Source of the DNA: Andalucia godoyi And28
Lineage: Eukaryota; Protista; Jakobida
DNA length: 64,000 nt
Assembly (NCBI GenBank): GCA_009859145.1
Contig: VRVR01000026.1
Span: 262,707-326,706, forward strand
Reading direction: 5' to 3'
Both the position numbers and the translations under genes were made by a program. Below the pieces are notes generated by a model. That model worked only from the letters and a program-made list of their open reading frames with translations. It was not told where the DNA came from and did not search any database. Shown here piece by piece: positions 32,419-43,003 of this stretch. The stretch's first letter is position 1. Every line of letters begins with the position of its first letter.

Positions 32419-33831
32419 ATGCTGCGGCTTCATTTTGATATAAACCAGACGATTCTCGTGCAGGATTTAGCGGGTGGGAAAAGCACGGAAGATTGCATTA
32501 ATGGGATGATTGCGAATGAGCTGGATGGATACGTGGATGAGCACAACAAGTGGCATCCAGTGTTTTCAAACGAGAAGAAGGTGAAGGTAACGCTGCCGCT
32601 GATTACATATCACCGGTATCTCAAAGATTATGCGTATCCCATGAAGCACGGGGATCCGATCCACAACGCATCGATGAAGAATTTGCAGAGCTTTGAAATT
32701 CGTCGGTTTTTCGACTGCGGGCATCCCGGCCATGCGCTTGCTCACATGCGCCAGCCAATCGTCGAAAAGCTTCTGAAGCCAGAGTACAAGATAGCGCGCA
32801 CGAACACAGACGTACGACGGCAGACTAGGAAATCGACAGCCGACAGGATCAAGGAACATCAGAAAGAGAAGGAGAAGGAGAAGGAGAAGGAGAAGGTAGT
32901 GTTTCCGGATGATGCATTCCAGATTCTGCTGTCCAGTTTTCTTCGTGTGTTTGATCAGCTTGATGGAGTTCCTTTTCGACTGGTGCTTCGGACGTTTGGT
33001 GACGACCTCGAGAGAATCTGCGATGCTGTGAACACGCATCTTGAGGAGCGCATTGCTGCTGTTGCTTCGTCTTCGGACCGCAGTCCATCGGAAGCGGACC
33101 GGCTTGCTGTATACCGCTTCATGAACGCGGAGCAACATGGTTTCTTTTTGCGTTACGACAGTGATCGTGTGCTTTTATGCATGGGACACCGCCTTCGGCC
33201 TGCGAATCTTGGGTTCCACGATGCAGATGCAACCGCAGATTCGATCAAGGCAGCTCTGGCGTCGCATCCAGATACCATCCATCTCTTTGACGGGTTTTCA
33301 CAGGTGTTTCATGGTCTTCATATGTTGTGCGACAAATACGGCTCTCTTGCGCTCCGAGACGACTATGACTTTTGGAGGCACTGTGCAGAGGGGCCTCGGG
33401 GCGGCAAGCTGTTGATTGTTGCAGAGGAAATGGCCACCGAGCTGCAGCAGCTGGCCGAGCTTGAAGAACGGACTCCCAAGCGCAAAAAGCAGTCTGCTGG
33501 CTCCAGGAACGCAAAGAGGCACGGCCGTCATGCCAATGGGAACGGTGCGCAAGATTGCGACGAACACCAGCAAAACGTGGACATTGACATCTTCTTTGAT
33601 GACAACATTCAGGATGAGCCAGATGTGTGGAACGAGCGCAACATTGTAGACTGCCGAACCGAGACGGGCCGCAAAGTGCCGTATGAAGTGTCCACGAACC
33701 GTGTGCTTTTCCATGTCGACACCATGCAGGCCGTGCTGAACGACGACTACTTTATTGCTTCGGTCCGTCAGACCCTCGATGCCCACAAATCCAGCAAATC
33801 CCTCCTCTCTCAGAGCACTAGTCCCCAATGA
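32419..33831 (+). CDS. Uncharacterised protein with HAD-like motifs
   Basis: 470-aa ORF with N-terminal LHFDINQT (DxNxT), LVLRTFG and late IFFDDNI. Function inferred only. Confidence 0.7.
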   Translation: MLRLHFDINQTILVQDLAGGKSTEDCINGMIANELDGYVDEHNKWHPVFSNEKKVKVTLPLITYHRYLKDYAYPMKHGDPIHNASMKNLQSFEIRRFFDCGHPGHALAHMRQPIVEKLLKPEYKIARTNTDVRRQTRKSTADRIKEHQKEKEKEKEKEKVVFPDDAFQILLSSFLRVFDQLDGVPFRLVLRTFGDDLERICDAVNTHLEERIAAVASSSDRSPSEADRLAVYRFMNAEQHGFFLRYDSDRVLLCMGHRLRPANLGFHDADATADSIKAALASHPDTIHLFDGFSQVFHGLHMLCDKYGSLALRDDYDFWRHCAEGPRGGKLLIVAEEMATELQQLAELEERTPKRKKQSAGSRNAKRHGRHANGNGAQDCDEHQQNVDIDIFFDDNIQDEPDVWNERNIVDCRTETGRKVPYEVSTNRVLFHVDTMQAVLNDDYFIASVRQTLDAHKSSKSLLSQSTSPQ

Positions 33832-33930
33832 AAATCCGCGTTTTTCGACTCCTTGTTGTCATGATTCATTATCTTAGTTGTTGTTCACAAACTCTTCTTG
33901 TTATTTTAACTAAAAATCATTTAATTTAAT

Positions 33931-34758
33931 TTAGGATAGCGCAGACTGTGCGTCCGCTGGCTGTGGCTCAGACTGCGCGCTGACCATGAACGACCCTCGA
34001 CTGCTTGCCTTGTGTTGCATACCTCCGGCAGCATTGGGTGCCAGAGCCCCTGCCCCACCCATAACGTTAATCACGTGCGACTGGACCACGCTTGCAGTTG
34101 GTGGCGCAATTCGGAGTGTGAAGACCACTGCAGAGCCCGGAGACGCCAGCTCACACGACACATGCGCCGACTTTCCAAACGCACGAAGCGCACCCTCGAT
34201 CAGCCCGCATGGAAAATGCACCAGTTCCGATGCGGTTACCTGCTGTTCCTCTGCGCCCAAATCACCAGCAGCCCCACCGCTGCCGTTGCCCGTAGTCCTT
34301 TTCAGCGTACCATTGTTCATCGTCGAGGATGTGGAATTGGACGCATTTCGGTAGCGCGCAATCCACCGAAATGCATTATCCTGGAGCACAAACGTGCCCT
34401 TGTGGTTCGTCTTTAGATTATCGATCGGCTTTCGAAAGAGAAGCGTCCAGAACTCACGGCACAGAAACTTGACGACGTCCAAATCCTCTGGCATCCGCTG
34501 TGACCGTTGTCGTGCAAGCCGCTCCGCAATGCGATATCCAACCGACCGTCCAAGCGCCACCAGCTTCCTTCGCGACCCTTCACCGCCCGTCGTCAAGCTT
34601 TCGCCTTCCCCATCTTTTTCTCGTCCAGCCGCACTCTTTTCGCGCAGCTCCGAAGCCTTGTCGTCATTGCCGTCATGGAGAGTCCGAAACACTCGAACGA
34701 TCTGTGCATGGAGCAGCTCAAACAATGGCTCGTTCAGACTGTCCACTACTACCGGCAT
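33931..34758 (-). CDS. TRAPPC6: TRAPP complex subunit 6 (Trs33)
   Basis: GRSVGYRIAERL, VKFLCREFWTLLFRKPIDNLKTNHKGTFVLQD and FPCGLIEGAL. Confidence 0.92.
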   Translation of the reverse strand: MPVVVDSLNEPLFELLHAQIVRVFRTLHDGNDDKASELREKSAAGREKDGEGESLTTGGEGSRRKLVALGRSVGYRIAERLARQRSQRMPEDLDVVKFLCREFWTLLFRKPIDNLKTNHKGTFVLQDNAFRWIARYRNASNSTSSTMNNGTLKRTTGNGSGGAAGDLGAEEQQVTASELVHFPCGLIEGALRAFGKSAHVSCELASPGSAVVFTLRIAPPTASVVQSHVINVMGGAGALAPNAAGGMQHKASSRGSFMVSAQSEPQPADAQSALS

Positions 34759-34993
34759 CCTCCCTCTTGCCTTCCTGTTCTCTTCCTTCCCTTTCCCCCC
34801 TCAACTGTACAAACCGGGCAATCTGCAGTACTATCAACACGAACACACGACGACTTTGTTCAATATCTATCTGTTTAAACACTGCAAACAGACAGACAGA
34901 CAAAACTAGTAAAACCTTGGTGGCAAGCAAGTGAGCCTTTGACATCCACAATCCATCGTAGTCGCATCTCCCCTTCTTGATTATCCATTCCAT

Positions 34994-35279
34994 AACCCGT
35001 CCAAAACCCCAAATGTCTGGTCGGACGGCAGTGAATAACATCGGATATTAATGGTTGAGTTTTCTTTTCTTTTTTTTTACAGCTGTCGACGTTGCTGATT
35101 AATGAAGGCCAGCTTTCCCCCCCCTGCAGATTGCTGCTACCGGCTGTTGTCGCGGCGACGTAGGTGTGCAGGTCGAGGCCCAGCGAGACATTGTCGAATA
35201 TTGACAGCCGATTCCTTGTAATCGATGATTCCTCCTCCGCAGTCTCTCTCTCTCTCTCTCTATGTCAAACATCTTCATG
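34994..35279 (-). repeat. Partial copy of the TIR element at 40489-41074 (one end plus about 260 bp)
   Basis: Direct-orientation near-identity of about 35000-35279 with about 40493-40752, including the (CT)n tract. Confidence 0.85.
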
Positions 35280-35474
35280 CGAATTGGCCTCACGGAAAGG
35301 AGCTCGCGACGAAGGGGCTACTGCGAAGTTTTGGAGAAGGAAAAAAAAAAGAAGAAACGACGAAAATAGAGAAGGAGAGAGTGAGAGAGAGAGAGAAACA
35401 ATAATTTAAAAGTAAATGATAACAACAAAAACAGCAAACAACAATAGCATCAAACAACAACAACGACAAATGCA

Positions 35475-36734
35475 CTAGTCTTGGTCGTCGTCGTCGTCGT
35501 CGTCTGCGGTGTGGCTTGTGATTTTTGGAAGTTTCCACTTTTTTCTCCTGTCTTTAAAACCCGGGTCGAGATGGACGCCGAGACCAGCAAGGAACCCTGT
35601 TCCCTTTGCAGCGGTCTTGTTGACCAGTGCGATGGACAGATTACCGAGCGGATGAGTGCATCCGAACCACAGCACCTCGACACTCGCGACAGCCGGCACC
35701 TCGCGCACCAGAATCCCGGAGACATAAATGCGACCTCTCACCACGTCCTTCTTCCCGCCGCCAATCGCGGCATTGACCGTCTTGCCGCTTGCACTCGCAA
35801 ACGATGCAAGAAGAGCTTCGCACGGTTCGATGGACCACGACACATTCACCCAAGACGGACTGTTTCCGTACGATGAGCTGAGCGCGTTCGTCGTGCAGCT
35901 GCTCCCTGTGCTCGTGTTTGCTGTCAGATCGGCGTTGTTCGCATTCGTGTTGGAGTTGCTGGTGGAAGGAATAATCTTGGCAGCCCGCGCATAGACCATC
36001 TCGCGACCAGAGACGACAACCACGCGGCGAGTATGCAGCACTTCAAGAGCCAGATGCCATGGATCCAACGTGCAGGAGGCCAAGGTATCCTCGGAGCCGC
36101 ATAGCAAGGACGAGTCCGCAGAGTCTGCAGAGTCTGCCGACGACGGCGATGACGACATTTGCAAAGATGAGCAGGACGATAACTGCGACAACTGTGACGA
36201 AGACGAAACCGAAGAGGACGATGATGAAAAGGACGACGAAGAGAGGTGCTCGACAATGGTAGAGCAAGATGCGCACATATCGTCCCATGCGGCGCGGGAA
36301 GACGCATCTTCGAAAGCGCGTGCGATGCGTGCGACGCTGGCGGAGCGAGCATCCAGCATTAACTGGCCTCGCACGAGCTGCAGGTCCGGATGGATCTGCG
36401 GAACAACAGCCTTGTGGACCATGACGCCGTCGCGCAACCGCGGCTTTGTCCACTTCAGATGCGCAAATGCATGCGCATCTTCCGTCGAGACATGCGGTGT
36501 CGACAGTGGAGATGTGATTGGGTGTGACTGTAGCTGTGACTGTGACTGCGGTTGCGAGTGGGATTGCGAGTGCGTGTTCGCGGCATGTGTCGATAGCGGA
36601 TGCAAGAGCGGATGGTGGTGTCGCAAATGCTGCGTCGCGGCATCAAGCGAGACAATCGTCGCATACAACCGGTCCGCCTCTGATGCAAGAGACTCTACAT
36701 TCATGTGCACAGGTGTGCCAGCCAAACTGCCCAT
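35475..36734 (-). CDS. START-domain lipid-binding protein
   Basis: DGVMVHK, RAAWDDMC, SGREMVYAR, VSWSIE, VVRGRIYVSG and HPLGNLSIALVN. Likely start MGSLAG at 36734. Confidence 0.8.
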   Translation of the reverse strand: MGSLAGTPVHMNVESLASEADRLYATIVSLDAATQHLRHHHPLLHPLSTHAANTHSQSHSQPQSQSQLQSHPITSPLSTPHVSTEDAHAFAHLKWTKPRLRDGVMVHKAVVPQIHPDLQLVRGQLMLDARSASVARIARAFEDASSRAAWDDMCASCSTIVEHLSSSSFSSSSSSVSSSSQLSQLSSCSSLQMSSSPSSADSADSADSSLLCGSEDTLASCTLDPWHLALEVLHTRRVVVVSGREMVYARAAKIIPSTSNSNTNANNADLTANTSTGSSCTTNALSSSYGNSPSWVNVSWSIEPCEALLASFASASGKTVNAAIGGGKKDVVRGRIYVSGILVREVPAVASVEVLWFGCTHPLGNLSIALVNKTAAKGTGFLAGLGVHLDPGFKDRRKKWKLPKITSHTADDDDDDDQD

Positions 36735-37277
36735 TTTGCCTACTCTTGTTTCCTTTTTTTCTCTCTCAGCCCGTTGATTACCCCCCCCCGAAAAAAAAAG
36801 CGTGGAGAAAAATAACAATAATAATAAACAACTTGAATGGAACTATACGATTAAGAACACAACAACGACAGAACGAAATCAAAAGTCAAAAACAACAGCC
36901 AAACAAAACAAAATCAAAAACAAAACAAAAAGTCAAACAGGATGAATATGGACGATAATCGGGAAATCCGTCGTGGGAGTCGCCCTAAAGGTCTCTTAAA
37001 TGTAGGGTAGGTGGACTTCCACTTGCAGGACGGCGACGATGACGACGATCGGACTTCGGAGATCGAGATGCGGAATACGTCGGGGAATTTGTCCGTTTTG
37101 CAACAGCCCTCGATCGTCCGAATCGGGGAAAAAAAAAAGAAAGAGATTGGAAAAAAAAAACCAAACTAAAACGAGTTGATGGGTTTGATTGCGGGAACGA
37201 CCGATGCGCTTAAGGTGACAGGGTATATTGAAGATGATGGAGAGATTGAATGGGGAAAGAGTTTGATTGAGGGGCAA

Positions 37278-40127
37278 CTAGTCGTCATCTGGTGGTTGGG
37301 TGCGAGTGGTCTCTTGGAGTTTGTGGTGCTGGATGATTGCGCCGACATCGATGAGTTTTGAAACGGACGAGCGGATGTTCTGGGCAATCCGGACAGAGAC
37401 TCCGATTGCGGTTCCGACAACAGCACCACATGCAATGGCCACAACAACGGCACCAAGTTGCACCACAACCAGCAATCCTGATTCAGAGGCATTTCGACCT
37501 TCTCGGCAGCTCCCACCACTTGACGACAAGGACGAAGACGAGTAGAAAAGGATGCCGCGCTGGGAATGAAGCAGAGACGCCAGAACAACGCCCGTGGCCG
37601 CTGCAGCTCCCATCGCAATGGTTCGATGCAACATTCGATGCGACGCCCACGACGCAGGAAGGGTTACCAGAATGCAGTGCGTACAGAGAACGGCGAACAC
37701 AGAAGCAAAGCAGGCTGCGTACGGATGCATGTGGTGGGAGCACGCGAGCATCGAGCACACCGCGACGGACACCGATATGTGGATGTTGGAGGGGCTACAC
37801 AAGGTCGTCAGAGAAGCCTGAACACCTGGGGACGTGGAAGGATCAAACAATCGAAGAATCGTCTGCAGCACATCTTCCGCATCCCGCTGTCCGTCCTCCT
37901 TTGCACTGCTACTGTTGCTGCTGTTGCTGCCGTTGCTGGAAGTCACGCGAAGAAAGACCGAGAATATACGGGTCAAAACGAGAGTGGCAAACGTCGCGCA
38001 CAAGCAATTTGCAAACGAAAGACCAGCGCTCCGAAGATGGTTCAGAAGAACATCGGACTCTTGCGAAAGATACACATCCGACATTGCAGCGCTGTCCATG
38101 CCCGACGTCGACGTTGGCAACGGCGAGAGGTGCGAGGTATCAAATGGGAGGAGAAATGGGACGCCAGACATGATGCCGCCCCACACGCAACACATCGAGA
38201 GCACCAGAAACGACAGCACTGCACGGAGAGCAGCATTAGACGACAAGAAAGAATTTGAATTCTCATTGGTCTTGGACGACGAGGACGGCTGGGGAAGAGG
38301 AATCGGACTGATGATAAGGAGACACGAGACGGTGAATGCAGAAGCAGCGACAAACAAGAGAGCAAGGCCACTGTCAATGAGCACAAAGTCGGAACGGAAA
38401 AATCCCCATAGCGGCCGTTCGTATCGCGGAACAACAAACACGATGAACGGGTCCACAGGCGACGGCGAGTACGTGGATTCGCACGAAATGTCGACATACC
38501 GGGAGCTTGCAGAAGACGCATAGGCATGCAGTGCAAACACTGGCAGCATAAGCGCTGTCGCGTACACGAGTACAAGGAGTGACGAAAACATCGGCCGCAC
38601 TCTATGTGCAAGAAACGCATCTGCGGGACCAAACAGCCACACCACAACCACAATGCATGTCCACCACAATCCAATCCAGTCGTTCAGCACCGCAGTCGTG
38701 GACGGAATCCATGAGTTGTCTTGTCGTGTAAACACCGATGTGCTCGGCTGCGTCCATGTCGCGCTCGACAAGTCCGATACAGGAGCGTATTGCGGATAAA
38801 GCGCAAAAGAAAGCGCTGGATACGCAAGCCGACCTAGTAAAAAAATGACGGAGACCGCAAGAATCATAGGAACAAATCCCGGAAACCGCACAGAGACAGT
38901 CGCAGAGGCCGCAGCAATAAGGATGGTGAACGGAACAAGCGTCGTCAGGACGACCTGAAGAATGTCGAGCAACAGCGTGACTTTAAGACCAGTGACGAGC
39001 GAGTACGTACGAAGCAGTAAAGTGTCCGGAACGCTGACATTCACTTGTGGAGGAGGGATTTGAATGAGGGTGTCTGTAAAGTTGTTGTGCATCATTGCAC
39101 GGTAGTCCCAACTCATCATCTCGACCAGCTGATGATACTCCAAATCGTGAAAAAGTGAGGAATTGGCCTCCTGGATGCGTGATTCAATCTGCAAAATTGT
39201 GGAATTTCGGTTTGCAGTCTGCAGTGCAATCTCGATGGTCTGGGATTGCCGAGTCGCGGTGAGTGATTCTTGTAAAAACAAGGATGCTGCTGCGATTCCG
39301 TCCGTCGTGTTTTCAATGCTGTTTCTAGATGCAGACAGTAATTCGGAAAATGAAGTCAGATTCGACTCGATCTCAATTCCAACAAGTTCAAGCCTGTAGA
39401 TCGCATCCGAATGCAGTCGATAGAGATCGTGGATCGCGTAGAGGATGGACGTCCACACTCCGAGATTGGTGCGGTTTGAAAGGTCGGCAAGTTCCGATGT
39501 GTGGTTCGCAATGAAGACGCTCTGGAACGACATCATTGGAAGAAGAATCGACTCCTCGGTCGAGTGCACCGACGCATTCAGCAAAGCCTGTCTCGCGGCA
39601 TCCGCATTGGCAGAGTTGAAAAACGCATGGGTGGCATTCGAAGCCCTGTTGAGGCGATTCGACGCTGTGTCGTACGCCGAGATGGATGCATTGAGCTCGA
39701 TGGAGACTGTCGAGTCGTTGTTGCGCAGGCCGGGGACCTGGGTTTCCAGAAACGAAAGAAAGCTCGAGAGATCGTACAGGCTCTGCAGGCTTGCCGAAGT
39801 GTTTGCAATGAGCACGGACAGTACAAGGTCGTCCAGTTGCAGACTGGATATGTTTTCCGCCACATAGAGGGTGTTCCACTCGGCGGTAGCCACAACGGAT
39901 GCGTTCACAGAGGATGCACGGGCATCCGCAGTCGAGATCAATGCTGCCAGCGCCGTGTCGTTGGAAAGCCGTCGTGGCACTTCTGTCGAGTTGATCTGCA
40001 ATTCATACCGTACGAGCGCGTCCATCACAACGCTAATGTCCAGTTTTGTGTCCGTTTTGCCAGCGTCGACTCGCACAAGAGGCAGAAACAGGATGACAAG
40101 GAAAACTAGCAACCGGGAGATCCTCAT
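37278..40127 (-). CDS. Large membrane protein: signal peptide, N-glycosylated coiled-coil ectodomain, about 11-13 TM region (degenerate Amt/Rh-like?)
   Basis: 959-aa ORF, likely start MRISRLLV. Many NxS/T sites; hydrophobic C-half ending in VVQLGAVVVAIACGAVVG. Confidence 0.7.
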   Translation of the reverse strand: MRISRLLVFLVILFLPLVRVDAGKTDTKLDISVVMDALVRYELQINSTEVPRRLSNDTALAALISTADARASSVNASVVATAEWNTLYVAENISSLQLDDLVLSVLIANTSASLQSLYDLSSFLSFLETQVPGLRNNDSTVSIELNASISAYDTASNRLNRASNATHAFFNSANADAARQALLNASVHSTEESILLPMMSFQSVFIANHTSELADLSNRTNLGVWTSILYAIHDLYRLHSDAIYRLELVGIEIESNLTSFSELLSASRNSIENTTDGIAAASLFLQESLTATRQSQTIEIALQTANRNSTILQIESRIQEANSSLFHDLEYHQLVEMMSWDYRAMMHNNFTDTLIQIPPPQVNVSVPDTLLLRTYSLVTGLKVTLLLDILQVVLTTLVPFTILIAAASATVSVRFPGFVPMILAVSVIFLLGRLAYPALSFALYPQYAPVSDLSSATWTQPSTSVFTRQDNSWIPSTTAVLNDWIGLWWTCIVVVVWLFGPADAFLAHRVRPMFSSLLVLVYATALMLPVFALHAYASSASSRYVDISCESTYSPSPVDPFIVFVVPRYERPLWGFFRSDFVLIDSGLALLFVAASAFTVSCLLIISPIPLPQPSSSSKTNENSNSFLSSNAALRAVLSFLVLSMCCVWGGIMSGVPFLLPFDTSHLSPLPTSTSGMDSAAMSDVYLSQESDVLLNHLRSAGLSFANCLCATFATLVLTRIFSVFLRVTSSNGSNSSNSSSAKEDGQRDAEDVLQTILRLFDPSTSPGVQASLTTLCSPSNIHISVSVAVCSMLACSHHMHPYAACFASVFAVLCTHCILVTLPASWASHRMLHRTIAMGAAAATGVVLASLLHSQRGILFYSSSSLSSSGGSCREGRNASESGLLVVVQLGAVVVAIACGAVVGTAIGVSVRIAQNIRSSVSKLIDVGAIIQHHKLQETTRTQPPDDD

Positions 40128-40488
40128 GATGCCGCGTTTGCGTTCCTGTGGATGCAAATGTTTTTTCTTTCTTTTTCTTTCTTTCTACTTTCTTTCCCTT
40201 ACGGTGTCCTCGTCGAATAGGCGTGTGTATGACACGCTGGCATCCGTTACGTACTCTGTGATTTCCAGGGCGGACAAAGTCATCATTCACATTCCAAACT
40301 GGGAAAGTGAGGCCCATCGCCACCATCAAAGACGACACAAGGAGAAAAACGTCGGGGAAAACGAAAAAGAAACGATTCGTGGTTTTGGCGTCAAGTGAGT
40401 CTACAATTTCTGTGCCTGCTGGTGTTCAGTGCGATACTGCTCGGTTTTCTCTGGTTTTTATTTCTTCTTCAGATTTTCCAGACTACTA

Positions 40489-41074
40489 CCTTTCCAACCC
40501 AAATCGTCTGGTGGGACGGCAGTGAATATCATCGGATAGTATGGTTAAGTTGGCAACCGTCGACGTTTCTGATTAATGAAGGCCAGCCTTTCCCCCCCTG
40601 CAGATTGCTGCTACCGGCTGTTGTCGCGGCGACGTAGGTGTGCAGGTCGCGGCCAGTGAGACACTGTCGAATATTGACAGCCGATTCCTTGTAATCGATG
40701 ATTCCTCCTCCGCAGTCTCTCTTTCTCTCTCTCTATGTCAAACATCTTCATGTCTGTCTGTGGCGCACACCATTGCCAATCAAAAAAATGCGGAATGACA
40801 ATAAATGACGCTCGTTGAAATCCCTAGTTTCCTATGGTTCCCAAGGTCCAAATGGTTTTTAACGAATGCACTGATTACTCAGCTAGAGAGCTCTGAACAG
40901 GAAAAATAGGCTGTTTCTGGTTTGGGGTGCGCGGACCCATGGATGTCCACTCAAAAGGAACTCATGTGATGGGTGCAGATGCGGATTGTAAGAATCGCTT
41001 TTTTAGGCCAAATAATCTGTCTCAGGCGCAGCATGCGAGCCAAATGCTTGGAGAGAGGTTTTGGGTTGGAGAGG
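40489..41074 (-). mobile_element. Non-autonomous TIR element (MITE-like), TA-flanked, with Fanzor1-like C-terminal remnant
   Basis: TA-CCTTTCCAACCCAAA (40487-40503) versus TTTGGGTTGGAGAGG-TA (41060-41076): 16/17 inverted match including the outer TA. A second copy of the left about 260 bp lies at 35.0 kb. Confidence 0.75.
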
Positions 41075-41585
41075 TAAATACTTTATGAGTGTGAGGGAGT
41101 GAGTGTGTGTCTATTTTGCATTTTCATGGTCCAGTTTACATTTTCTCCAGAGAGAAAGCAGGCTCTGCGAAAGCAGCTTTTCTTGCTGCAGCTGTCTGTT
41201 CCGGTGATGATTGTCTCTGGTGTTGTTCTCTACAAGCGATGTATGTGTGGTTTTATCTTGGCCAGGTTCTTTCTTATAAGGTAGTTTTGGAATGCAGAGC
41301 AAGAAGAGACTCATTTTTTGTGTGATCTTTGTTTTGTTTTTGTTTTCATATGTATTGATGCATGCGTAGGGTTTGGGACGCCGGAAGAGCAAGCAAAGTA
41401 TCCTGATTTTCAAAGATCTGTGCAGGAGCGAAGAAGTCGCGAAGAGGAAGTCCAGACCAAACACCAACCTTGATCTGAAAACGAGAAGCAGAAGCAGAAG
41501 CCGCAGTGGAAGCAGAAGAGGAAGAGGGAAGGAGATTGAAAGAGGGTCTCGTGTCATGCAGGTGAGCAGCCGCTTCTGAATGAGA

Positions 41586-42566
41586 CTACTCCTTCTTGAC
41601 GGATGGGAGTTTCTTGGAGGTGGTGTAGGTCTTTTTGAAGAAGTCGGTAAATAAGTACAGGAAGGAAGCATTGCATGAAAGAGTAAAGATGAGTGCGAGA
41701 AGTCCTGTGCAGTCACCGTTTCGCAGTTGATAGTAATATGCGTAGATAAACGTGAGGAAGAAGCTCGTTGCAAACTGCACGAGCTGCATGCTTGTGAGAT
41801 ACCGTTTCCAGAATGGCTGGAACATCTGAAGTTCGTATTCCAGCAAATCGGTCCTTCCACTCGAGTTTGCAAATGTGCGGGGGCGCGGGGAAGCAGAAGA
41901 CGAGCCGTCGTGCAGCAACGCAATGTGGGTTTCGGACACCCACGCAATCTCCGATCTGCGGATGACCCTGCGGCCCAGCGAGCATCGTGCGTAATAATAG
42001 TACATCACGACATGGATGCCGACGTTGAACAGAAGCCCATAAGCATGGAAGACCATGTGCGCATCCAGCCAGCTATAGACCATCGCAATGACGATCGCAT
42101 GGTGGTACACGTGGAGGAAAATCAGCTTCTTCTTCTTGAGAACCATGATGACTGTGTCAATTAGTTCGTAAAATTTCGACAAGTAGTACACATAGGCCCA
42201 GTACTGCAACCGTGCAGTCTGCCGAGGCGGTTCGGAAAACGAGCGGCAGAAGAGCCTTTCCATTCTCGACGAGTAGCCGCTGCTGCGGATGCCGTTCTCG
42301 TCAGCCACGTACAGATTATACATTTCGAATAGAGTGCCAACCATCATAATTGCCGACCAGACGCAAAGTATCATGTTGTGCAGTCCGGAAAACCACTGCA
42401 GCTGGAACGGACGCACAGAGCACGTTTTCATGACGAGCTGCAGCGCAAACACCGTGAACAGGTACACAGCAATCGCAATCGGGACTGTCTGCACAGAAGC
42501 AAGAGGCGTCGAGCCAGGGCTCCACACAAACGCATCCGCATCACGCAGAACCGATACAATATCCAT
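41586..42566 (-). CDS. ELO-family fatty acid elongase
   Basis: YYLSKFYELIDT, FLHVYHH, NVGIHVVMYYYY and KRYLTSMQLVQF. Likely start MDIVSV at 42566. Confidence 0.93.
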   Translation of the reverse strand: MDIVSVLRDADAFVWSPGSTPLASVQTVPIAIAVYLFTVFALQLVMKTCSVRPFQLQWFSGLHNMILCVWSAIMMVGTLFEMYNLYVADENGIRSSGYSSRMERLFCRSFSEPPRQTARLQYWAYVYYLSKFYELIDTVIMVLKKKKLIFLHVYHHAIVIAMVYSWLDAHMVFHAYGLLFNVGIHVVMYYYYARCSLGRRVIRRSEIAWVSETHIALLHDGSSSASPRPRTFANSSGRTDLLEYELQMFQPFWKRYLTSMQLVQFATSFFLTFIYAYYYQLRNGDCTGLLALIFTLSCNASFLYLFTDFFKKTYTTSKKLPSVKKE

Positions 42567-43003
42567 AGCCCGTGCAACCGACGAAGATGCGTCCTTGGCA
42601 AACGAGTATGATCCTATTTCAAAACGCAGTCGGCCTGCTTGTTCGCGCACTCTTCTCGATAGAATTCGCCCTTTTCTCTCTCAAGAAAATAATAATCATT
42701 ACATAAAATAGTATGCATAATAAAAAAAAATTAAAATAAAAACGAGTTGACCGCAATTTCCCTTGTTCTCGCACTGCTGCACAGCTTCTCTTTTCCCTCA
42801 GTCGCAGACGTTTCCAAAGTGCCACACTTTGTTGGCGCAAGACAGCTGCTGTAAACAAATTCGGCATGCTCCCGCCCCATCTTTCTTGCCCAGTTGCACG
42901 CGATGCACGATATACACCAACGCATGGACTGGGGACTGTGCTGCCGTTCTCGGGTTCTTCGCTTCGTGTGCTTCCTTGCAAATCGTGTTTAGGGGGAAAT
43001 CAG

